64,000 bases of DNA from Podarcis filfolensis (Eukaryota): the NCBI GenBank assembly GCA_964270895.1, contig OZ185441.1; one strand, written 5' to 3'. The notes below the pieces were generated by a model. It was not told the DNA's origin. It worked only from the letters and a program-made list of their open reading frames with translations, and did no database searches. The translations under genes and the position numbers were made by a program. Of this stretch, positions 14,018 to 24,200 are shown piece by piece (within the stretch, counting starts at the first letter, position 1; every line of letters begins with the position of its first letter).

Positions 14018-14059
<42 letters not shown>
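14018..14059. repeat. (AC)21 microsatellite
   Basis: Direct reading of the sequence. Confidence 0.97.
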
Positions 14060-14062
<3 letters not shown>

Positions 14063-14922
14063 TAGGTCTGAGTAGAAATATAGCTGGAAATATAGCTGGA
14101 AATACAATACAGGTGTGGTGATAAGGATGTACTTAACTGTTTTGTGAATGTGCATGATTAATACTTTCTGCATTTTATTTCCCTTGCTGACCTCACTTTT
14201 TACACCCCCATCCCCCCAAAAATTCCCATATGTATTCTGTAACTCAGTATAACACTCCATACACATGATAGAAGCTGATTCAATATTAAATTTGTTAATC
14301 TGTAAGGCATTATAAGAGTCTCTGGACATCTTCCACCTGTTGCTATTTACAGGTGTGATTCAAGTGCATACCTGCAAATTCAGGTGGTGCTTTTTGTGAT
14401 TTGGAGAGTGATGGGGAAATACCTTGGAAAGTGAGGTGTGTAACCCTTCGCACAAACGTGCAAACAAATCAATAGGAATGCTCAGTAAATGGGTTTGGAA
14501 GCAACTTCTGTTGTTTTTGCTGCAGAAGGCTAACACCTCTTGAAATGCTATCTTGTATTGATTTTTGTTAGCTGCCTTGGGAGGGTTTACCCTAATAGGC
14601 AGAATATAAATGCATGAAATGACATCATTCTACAGCTACCCTTGGGGGTGCAAGTAGTTAGCAGTGTGATCTGGGCAAAGAGGGAGGTGCGGGTTGCAGC
14701 CTAACATGGCTTCCCCTCCAAAAATTCCAATAAGAGGTCTACACATGCTAAACTTCCTCATTACTGTCCACTAGAGGCCCTGAAAAATCACTGAGGGTGA
14801 TGCCTTCCATGTGGGTTATGGGTAGAAAGTAGTTGTGTAGATTGTAGAAAACACCAGTTTTTTTCATCCAGTTTCCTTTCCTTACAGTTGTGAAATTGCA
14901 GTATTGTCTTCAAGTGGCAACA

Positions 14923-15070
14923 ATGCATACCACAAAGCCCAGGATGGTGGTTCCTTATGGCCTCAAGACTCTACTTGAGGGAGTGAGCAGAGCAGTTCTG
15001 AAAGCCAGTCCTTCTAACATTACTGAATTTGCTGCTGTGTATTTCAGGGAACTGATACTTTTCCGAGAAG
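14923..15070 (+). CDS. CABYR: CABYR first coding exon, RIIa-type dimerization/docking domain (MHTTKPRMVVPYGLKTLLEGVSRAVLKASPSNITEFAAVYFRELILFRE+G); the exon starts at 14888
   Basis: ATG at 14923 in context gcaacaATG. Acceptor tttccttacag ends at 14887 and donor G|gtttgc follows 15070. VPYGLKTLLEG.SRAVL is the CABYR/SPA17-type D/D domain. Confidence 0.95.
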
Positions 15071-15245
15071 GTTTGCTTTTCTTCTTTTTAAGTTAAATAC
15101 TAGTTTATAGAGCAATTCAGTGACATTATGGACTAACAGTACTGCCGCAGTACTGTAAATTGTCAGCAAACCACCCCCTTAAGCCTTTGTAAAATCTGAT
15201 ATCCTGAATTAAAATTAACTGGCTTTTCCCGCCTTTTTTCCCCAG

Positions 15246-15299
15246 ACCACCCTAATTTAGACATTAAAGACCTGGTGAGAGAGTTTCATATGACTAGAG
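15246..15299 (+). CDS. CABYR: CABYR coding exon ((D)HPNLDIKDLVREFHMTR+G)
   Basis: tttttcccag acceptor and G|gtaaga donor. Length is 54 nt, phase 1-1. It matches recalled human MDIKDLVKQFHQIK. Confidence 0.93.
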
Positions 15300-16071
15300 G
15301 TAAGACATTAGCAGCAAAGCAATAGTTCTTGGGGCAAGAACTAGCACAGGCAGATGCATGCCATACATTTAAAGCACAGGCAACACACAGTTAAAGGACA
15401 TGACTTCCCCCAAAGCATCCTGGGAGTGGTAGTTTGTTAAGGGTCCTGGGAATTGTAGGTGGGGGGACTACAGTTCCTGAAATTCTTTGGGGAAAGCAGT
15501 CTGCTTTAAGTGTGCATTGAATGCACTTTATGGTGTGGATCATTCCTGCCTTCCCTCCCTCTTTTTAAAAGAAATACAGTGCAGCCACTGAGGGTGCTAT
15601 TTGAAGTGGGAACTTGGCATGGGGGGAAAGGGGCTCTCCTCCTCATCCCATTTTCCAACAGAAACTCGCCCCATACAAGAAAATGCAGCTTGGGAACGGT
15701 GCTTTTCACCCTGGAAAATCAAATATCACCAGGAAAATTAAATAAGAAACCCTCCTTTCTTAAGTGTTACTGAATTAAATGCGAAAAGTGCCAAATCAAG
15801 CAAAACATTGATTGTTAACCTTTTAATTGCAGTAAAGATTGTCCTTCCTTGTATTGGGGGGAAATCAGCAATCTTGTGTTTTAGCACATGTGTTTTTAAA
15901 TCACTAGGAATTGTATGTATGAATAAACTTTAGATGGTATATAGAATATATTGACGCACTATGCAAACTGTATTTCTTTCTAAATGATAGCCTGCAGTTT
16001 TTGTATTGGAATCATCATTTTGGGTTAAAAAGACTTGATATCTCTGTTTAGAGAATATTGAACCGTATCAT

Positions 16072-16106
<35 letters not shown>
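16072..16106. repeat. (TAG)n microsatellite, about 11.7 units
   Basis: Direct reading of the sequence. Confidence 0.95.
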
Positions 16107-17887
16107 ACAGTTGTTATCAATTGTAGCAATAGAAACCCCTTTTCTGCCACATCAGTCTTCCACTTATAGCCTGAGTCCTGGAATCTCATGCCTTTTAAAA
16201 TATGCTACACAGCAGAGCCGTTGCTATGGGGGTGGAGGAGACCTAGCCAGACTTTTTGCCCCGGGTGAAGCCTTCAGAGGGGCGCCATTGATGCTTCCAG
16301 CCTCTCTGTGTGTACACAAATGCACATGGTGGGGTGTGTGTGTGTGCCAAACTGGGTCTTTGACCTGGGTGAAATAAAGCCTCGTTTCGCCCCTGTAAAC
16401 AGGATCACAGAACTACTGCAATGTGTTATTCTGTCTCCCTCAAAAAGGGATTATAACTGAGGCAGCTAAATTGGATTTGGAGAGATCCCCTCTTAAATGG
16501 CAATTTGAAGATACACTGTTTGAGTCAGCAGTCAGGGGCAGTGGAACTTGTGGCCTTCCAGAGGTTGTTTTGATACAACCCCCACCAGCCTCAGACAGCA
16601 TGGCCGACAGTCAAGGATGGTGGGAGTTCTAGCCCAGCAACATTGGAAGGCCCCACAGCTTCCTCATCCCTGGTAGAAAGTTGACTTGTATTTTTGTGGA
16701 AAATATGCTGCAGGTTGGGGAAGTTTATTCATGCAGTCACAAAATACCCTGTCCCCAAATATGTCCCTGATCTATGTTGTAAGGCAGAGGTGGCCGGAAG
16801 GTAGATCTCTTGAGTGATTCACAGCAAATCCATGAGGATTCTGATGCCCAGTTGTTTAACAATAGCAACAACAAAAAGGTCTCCCCTGCTTTCTAAATTA
16901 GGCTGCTGAGTGGATGCGAGAGGAAAACAATGAGTGAATAGTGCACATGCAACTTATCAAATGGACATGTGGCCACAGGGGGGCAGCCTCCTCATAGTGG
17001 CTATTTAGGGCTATTCAGCCTTGAGATCAGATCAGGCCCATGACCACTATTTGGTAATAGTCCAGAAGCAGATGAATTGTTTGAAGTAGAAAGGATCCAC
17101 TTACGATTTGTAGGAACCTGGGGTTTATAGAAAGTGGTGCTCAGCAGACACCTTCCATAAAGAACACAGCTGCCTAATACTGAATCAGGCCAGTATCTAC
17201 CTCAGTATTGTTGATACTTGACTAGTAGCAACTTCCCAGGGTTTTGAATAGAGATCTTTCCCAGTCCTGCCTGACAGCAGTGGGGGGCAAACAGCGGACC
17301 TTGTATATGTATTTGTTCATTAAAAAAAACCACTTGCATATGAAAATTAAATAAAAAATAGCAAAGTGGTTTGTAACAGTTACATCTGTACAATTGAAAC
17401 CACATTAAAAATATAAAAATCACAGATCATGAGCTAACTATTACAGGAAGAGGTTTTAAAAAATGCTTTCTCTGTCACTGAGCTGTAACCCCTCTCCAAA
17501 GGAAATAAGTGGTTTCATGGAAAGGGATTAATGTTGTCTAGGTCATTATGACATTTCCTGTTCAGCATTTAAAGTATAAAGCGAAAGTATTTTAAAAAGC
17601 CAGACTTTGGGGAATTGCAGAAAACTGGCTCCTATTTTGCAGCCTTGAAATGACAAGTGGACACTATTTGACAGTTGAATGTATGGAACCACCTCAACGT
17701 TTCACAAGCTCCATGTTAGCTGTTCATTGAGTCTCCCAGCAATTAATAAATAAGTGTTAAGCTTTTCAAACTGGACTTGGAAGTTGGTGGTTTTAAGCAA
17801 CTGCAAGTTGGTGGCTTAGAGAGAAAGAGAGAGAGAAAGCGCTTTGAGGAGAAAGCTGTTTAACCTTGTTTCCTGTTCACCCTGCAG

Positions 17888-19087
17888 TGGAAGGATGGGC
17901 AGAAGGGACAGCAGGAGCGGCGCAGGTGCCCCGCAAAAGGGCTGACGTGGGAGATGCATATAGGCCAGAGGTGGACACGACGGCTCCGATGAGTGACGAA
18001 CCGAAACGGAAGGAGAAATCGACTGACACAGAAGAGGACCAGATAAGTGAAGAACCACGCCGTGAACAGTGCACCAAGACAACCCAGTACCCATCGACCG
18101 TGGACGAGTTTGTAGACAGGGCTGGGGACGAAAAGGGAGCTGGGCTCGCCTACGTCCCGGCCGATCCAGCCCAGCTGGCATCGCAGATGCTAGGTAAAGT
18201 TGAACCTGTTTCTTCCGAAGCTGAACTGAAGGATGTGGCGGTCTCAGTGCAGACGCTCCCTACCTCATCCCAAAGTGTAGAGAATCTTGCTGCTTCAGTC
18301 ACAGAGGCCCCGCCACCCTCACCCGCACCGGAACCTGCCCCTGCCCCATCGGAAGTAGCGCCTGCCCCTGCAGAAGAGGAACCGCCTGCCCCTGCAGAAC
18401 CAGAACCTGCCCCCGCAGAACCGGAACCTGCCCCCGCGGAACCGGAACCTGCCCCTGCGGAACCAGAACCTGCCCCCGCAGAACCAGAGCCTGCCCCCGA
18501 GGAAGCAGAGCCTGCTGCGCCTGCAGAAGCAGAAGCAGAGCCTGCTGCCCCTGCAGAAGCAGAAGCAGAGCCTGCCGCCCCTGCAGCTTCTGTACACTCT
18601 CTCAGGGCTGGGTCCGCCACTCAAAGTCACACCTCTGCTCCTGGGGAGGTAGTTACCTCAGGCAGTCAGGCTGAGCAGCCACCTGCTGACGTAGCAGATC
18701 CAGATTCCTCAGACCCCTTGCTGGAAGAACAGCCGCCCCCGCCACCACCACCACCTCCTCCTCCTGATAAAGACCCATTGCAGGCTGAATCTTGTTCAAG
18801 TGAAATTGAGCTCACATCAGACATACAGCTCACCCCCATGTGTGATGATGATCCCAATGCTGGTGGAGAGCCCCAACCACCACCCTATGTAGAGCAGTTT
18901 CCGCAGCAGATAGTAATTCCTTTCGTAGACACTGTAGCATGTCTCTTTAATCCGCTGATGGCTTCGCAGAATGCAGGTCAGTTTGCTAGTATTCTAGATC
19001 CATCTGCAGATGATGCAGAATGTGACCCTGACAGGATGGATACTGCAGAGGAACTGAGTTCAGCTGATCCAGGTTTTATTATGTCAG
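17888..19087 (+). CDS. CABYR: CABYR large CR-A exon (acidic, Pro/Ala/Glu-rich). It has an internal alternative donor after 18193; if unspliced the frame ends at TAG 19132-19134
   Basis: Acceptor cctgcag ends at 17887; G+TG gives Val. Motifs EKSTDTEED, KTTQYPS, AYVPADPAQLASQMLG and YVEQFPQQIVIPFVDTVACL match recalled mammalian CABYR. Donor CAG|GTAAGA at 19088. Confidence 0.9.
18391..18579 (+). repeat. Coding minisatellite in CABYR: 5 x 21 nt (PAEPEPA), a linker, then 2 x 30 nt (PAEAEAEPAA)
   Basis: 21-nt units start at 18391, 18412, 18433, 18454 and 18475. 30-nt units start at 18520 and 18550. Confidence 0.92.
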
Positions 19088-20621
19088 GTAAGAAAGTCAA
19101 GATATTTCTGAAAGCTGCCTATTCCATGTTGTAGTGATATTATTGCTCCATAATCAACAGATGGCTCCATCTCCTCAAATGCACTTGTGCCCATAGCTCA
19201 GCTGAGACTGAGGTCTCACCCACACTGTACATTAAAAGCACATGGCTCCCCTGACAAAGCATACTGGGAACTGCAGTTTACCTCTCACAGAGCCCCCAGC
19301 ACCCTTAAACTACAATTCCCAGGACTTTGTTGGGGAAACCATGTGCTTTAAATGAATGGTGTGGTTGTGACCCCAAAGGCCTTGTGCTGGTACAGTGCCT
19401 TGGGGACTGGAGCTTTAATTATTTAAATGCAAGTATCTATGGCAGTGCCTTGATGAGATAAGTGATTGGTCACTTTTGCTTTTAGGGAGTTACAGAGCCC
19501 ACAGCACCTAACTGGAATGTGCATGTCTGGAATTTTTGCCTCTGTTTTCTTCCAGGTGCATGGTTGATTGTGAGTAGGCCCCAAAACGTACCTTGCATGA
19601 GTGCCAGCTGCCCCATTTTTCTGCTCAAGTCTTGTATCATTTCTTGCAAGCGGACTGGGCAGGAGCAGGATGACATTCAGCGGGGAGTTAGGCCAATGCC
19701 TTTTGGCCCTTCTTTAAACCATGATTAGCCCCTCTCACAATAGACTATGCATCTTGAATCAAAATTACACACATGCTCACAGTGGTTAACAGAAAGTGAT
19801 GTGGGTGACCGTGGCTTCAGGTTGTGTTTTTTAAAAAACGAACTAGTATTCAGATGCTCAGCCATGGCACTGCTTAGGTTTTTGCATTTAAAAGAAATGG
19901 TGGTGGTTGCCTGGGCTGTCCCTTTAGGTCTGGTCTTCTCCAGATTGTTAACAGAGAGGGGACTAATCGCTTCTTGCTGAGAACTGCAGAACTTGCTGCA
20001 GCTGGAGGATTGGCTTCCCATGGCGACAGTGTTTCCTCTCATTCTCTGCTCTCCCTCCGTGAGAAGTGTGTAGCCCACTCCTGTTCTCGAGCTGGAGAAG
20101 CTCTCCTAGCATCTTTCCCATGGCCTTGGTGTGCCCTGCGATGGCGCACTATTCCCTAGAGTCACTTCCCATTAGAGAGGTATAGGTAGGTAAGGTCTGG
20201 AAGCATCTTACAGAAGAGAGAATGCCGAAGGGGACAGGGGTTAGAGGAACACAAAGGGTTGGCATGGCTGGACAGGACTTGTGGTCGAGGAGACACTTTC
20301 AACCCATCATCTTTGGGTCACCCATACGAAAACAGTATCCTTACAACCAACAGAAGTACCTAATGACAAAAATTTCCCCCAAGTTGTGAATCTGATATTT
20401 TGGATTTATTTCGAAAATTATGAGAACCGGTTCTTCTGCTGTTCTCCATTTCAGCCATGCCAAGGTCCTCCCTTTTGCCTTCAGGGATTCTCTCCTCTCT
20501 GTAACATCCTTTCTTTGTGGCATAAAGTTGTGGGTAAGGCTATGCAATGTGACTGCAGTTCGTACATCCTACTAGATGGTCTTTCATGCCAGCAAATTTT
20601 CTTTAAATTTTTATTTTATAG

Positions 20622-21256
20622 CCATGGCAACAAGCGAACCAGGACAACCACCACCATATTCTAATGTGTGGACTCTCTATTGTCTAACTGATATGCATCA
20701 ACAAGGTCGCAAGTCACCACCACCTCCACCACCCCTTCCACCTGTTGGAACTGGTGCTCCTGTTCCCCAGGCAACCCTATTCATATCTAGTGGTAAGGAC
20801 CAGCCGCAGTATCTACAGCCGCAGATGCTACAACAAGGCCAACCACCACAAGTGTCCTCTCCAACTTATGTGATGATGGAAGATGGGAAGAAGGGAAATG
20901 CACCACCTTTCATTTTAGTGGGCTCTTCTGTTCAGAATAAACAGGACTGGAAACCCATCCCTGGCCATGCTGTCCTTGCACAGCAGGATACTGGCGGGAC
21001 TGTGAGGAGGTTCGCTACGATACCCGTACCAGTTGCCAGGGCAGCAGATCCGAAAATGGCCAATCCCAATTTTAACTCCGCACAGGATAGCGGCAGGCCT
21101 CCAACTCCAGTTTTTCTTTCAGTTGCCATACCACTGGAAGATGTGATGAATGGGAAGAAGGGCTCAGGAGCTGGGGATAAAGCACCCTTTGCAGGCAGCT
21201 ATGGTATAGCAGGAGAGATCACATTTACTACTGCCTCTGTGCGCAGGACAGAATAG
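20622..21256 (+). CDS. CABYR: CABYR CR-B exon ((A)MATSEPGQPPPYSNVWTLYCLTD...GSYGIAGEITFTTASVRRTE*)
   Basis: ttttattttatag acceptor, phase 1 (G+CC gives Ala). WTLYCLTD, APPFILVG, WKPIPGHAV, PVFLSVAIP and GSYGIAGE match recalled mammalian CR-B. TAG at 21254-21256; donor after 21263. Confidence 0.94.
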
Positions 21257-24200
21257 CAAAAGGGTAAGTAGATCAGTTCACTTCGTTTATTTTTTTAATG
21301 GTTGGTTGGTTGATTGTAGAGATGTATTCTGTAGTGGGCTACATTTCTAATATGCTGCAGCCATTCTGGGATCAGAAAGTTTTCTTCCAAGGTTGCAAAC
21401 TGCTGGGGGGGGGGTGTCCCTAACTCCACATTCCTTTTATGCATTTCCCTCTAGAGAAGAAGCTGTACCATTTTCATATTGGGAACAGTGAAAAATAAAT
21501 AGTAGACAAGTAGTTTATTTTTTAAGGGTTGTGAGCTGCTGAAAATGGGACACTAAAATAATGTTGGAATTCTCTGCACAGACCTCAATTGGCAATGACC
21601 ATAAGCTTTCAACTTGGAACTCAAATCCTACTGATTTCAAAGGAATGTATTCCCAGGTGATGGCTCTGATGCAAAAGTTTGTGCTTAGCTTCTGTTTTTT
21701 ATGAAACTTAAATTCTGTTCTTTGACTGTTTGGCAGAAAAGTTTGGAAATTGAATACCCTCCACCTTGCCCCACAGTTCATTGGTAGGACTTTTGTATTC
21801 AGAAAAGGACTTGATGCAGGTGTAAAGAAACCTTTGGCCCTCCAGATGTTGCTGAACTACAACTCCCACCAGCCTCAGCAAGCATGGCCAGGGACGATGG
21901 GACTTGTAGTGCATGCAGAGAGTGGCTTAGTGCGTAGAGAGGGTAATGGCACATGGAGCACTGTGTTGTGCACATCTGTTCCCTGCCCAGTTATGCGCAT
22001 GGGACCCTGTTTCCAAGGACATAGTGGTCTGAGCTGTATGAGGGTGCTGATGCCATTCACATCTTAATTAGTTTGGTGAGTGTGTCCCTTTTTCAGAGAT
22101 GCAGTGGCAAATCAAGTGTTGTTCATAGAACGTTTAAAAAATACTCAACAAATGACTGAAGGGATATTGCTGATTTCCTTTGGAATGTGCATTTGGCCAG
22201 TTTCTGAGAAATGGGTTTGAAGCTTGTGAGCCCCCTTGCTGAATCTGTTGTCATTTGCTTTCTTTTTCCTTCATGTGCATTGTTCATTATTGGAGACTAA
22301 ATTTGGGTTAGAAATTTGATGAAGGTCCACAGAATACTTGCTGCAAGTTTTCTACATTGCAGAATTAATGAAGAGCTATCTTTAAAATAGAGGGTGGCAT
22401 TCAACTAAGTTTTACTGAGAGCAGATCCCTTGAAATTAATGAACATCACTAAATTGGGCCCATTCATTTGAATAAGTCTGAGTAAAACTTAGTTGAACGC
22501 CACTCAGAGTTATTTTCCAGCTGCTATTGCATGTGAAAGATAAAAGTAGTTTTGTCCTGGTTTTTGTTGTTGTTGAACTTGAAAGTATGGAATAGGTTGC
22601 TGGTTTTCTAGAGATTTGCTGAGACATGCAGATCAGTTCCGTTCTTTTTAACAATCCATGAAATTCTGTCTTTGTTACTTCTGAAAATCTTACCCGGTTT
22701 GCCTTTGCTTTGATGCTTTAGAACTGCTGCTCTGTATTAAGGGTGACAACCAACAGTGTCAGCCTGCTTGTGGAACAGATGTCCAGTTCTGACACAGGCC
22801 TTACCCATCCACTCCCACCCCTACTCCTCACATGACGTTGGATGTTGTCTAGTCTATTGTTTAAAAGGACGCATGTCATAGTGTTGAGGGCCAATTACTC
22901 AGTGTATCAGGGTGTATGAGAATAGCCAAACAGGGAGGGGGAGATAGTAGACTTAAATAAATTCGGGGATGATCTGGGGTATGTCAAAGTGCTGGTGTTG
23001 TAAAATTGCAGTGATTAGGAAACAGTAGATCAGTTCCTACAAACATGGTGTAAATGGGTCAAATGCAACTTTGCTGGCAGCAGATGAAGCCAGCTTAAGC
23101 CACAAGGAGCTCAAGAGCTACTGCTGGCTTGGTGGTGTCATTCTAGCCTGGTGAGCCTCATAATGCAGATGCCTTGTTGTACTTAAAACAGTTCTGCAAT
23201 AGTTACAGTTCTCATCTTCATGAGCTGACAAAGCAGTTAAAGATAGCATAGCCTGCAAAGGGTGGGTGGGTGTAATTCGGTCCTATCGAGAAATTAAACC
23301 ATGAATAGATGTGACCTGCAAAGATGGGCATAAACATACTTTTTGGAGTAGTTTCCAATAACATAGGTCACAAACACACTAGACATTTAAAGCACATGAT
23401 CCCCCCCCAAAGAATCTGGAGAAATGTAGACTTACAATTCCCAACACCCTTAACAAACTACAGTTCCCAAAGTTCTCTTGGGGAAGCCATGTGGTTTAAA
23501 TCTGCCTTACATGTACTTTCCATATATAGCGTGGATGTGATGAGAGCTGACAGTTGCATGAGTACAAGGCAGAAAGGCAGGTCACATTAAAAAATATAGC
23601 AGGTAAAATATTTGTAAAAGTGTGCAGTGGTGGCAGTTTTCTGCTAAGGAGAATTTTACATTTGGAAGGGTGAGGCTAGACCACATGACTTGCAGGCAGA
23701 ATGTCCACAGTTCATTCCCTGACATCTCCAGCTTGGGTTGTCTAAGAAATCCTGGCATGCTCCTGACAGTGCAGACCAGGTTGGCAGGGGGCATGCAGAG
23801 AAGGTAGGTTGGGCTCTACTGGTAGAGCTGCAGTTGTTTGACAATGGGAACAACAAAATTTATCTCCCTGATGAAATTAGGAAAAGCCGAGGGGAGGAGG
23901 GGGACAGGGTCTCTAGGAGTGGATTTTTGTATAGGGCAGCAATTCCATGCCTGAGCTAGGAATTTCGTAATTCAATACCTATTTTCTCACGTTATTCACA
24001 TACAGATGTATGTCATGTGCAGGCAGGTCTAAAAGCATGGTTCTGTTCTGCAGCCATCACAATTATATCCCACCTATAAGTAACACGTGAACAGGGTTAA
24101 GGCATCTATTAAAACACCATGTAGCTCCTACAGACTTGATGCATTCCCACCTTCGGTGTAGACAGTATCAGTTTAGCTGCACCAAAATTTTACATAAACA

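Noticed and set aside
13518-14075. Cluster of GC-rich ORFs in the CpG island
   Set aside because: Expected in high-GC sequence, and no recognisable domain. None splices in frame to the CABYR ATG because TAA at 13964-13966 blocks that frame. They are kept only as possible uORFs.
14890-14922. Track start codons at 14890, 17866 and 20576
   Set aside because: The 14890 start is GTG in the 5' UTR part of the exon. The other two lie in introns upstream of the true acceptors (17887 and 20621).
18150-18630. Silk-like antisense ORFs (AGAGSGS repeats, 156 aa; also a 103-aa Arg/Phe/Cys ORF)
   Set aside because: These are reverse-complement shadows of the CABYR PAEPEPA repeat. Variation sits at the third positions of the + frame, and there is no supporting promoter or splice structure.
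22097-22200. Alternative acceptor (ccctttttcag) for the CABYR last exon
   Set aside because: No nearby canonical poly(A) signal, so 26607 is the better candidate. It cannot be excluded without RNA data.
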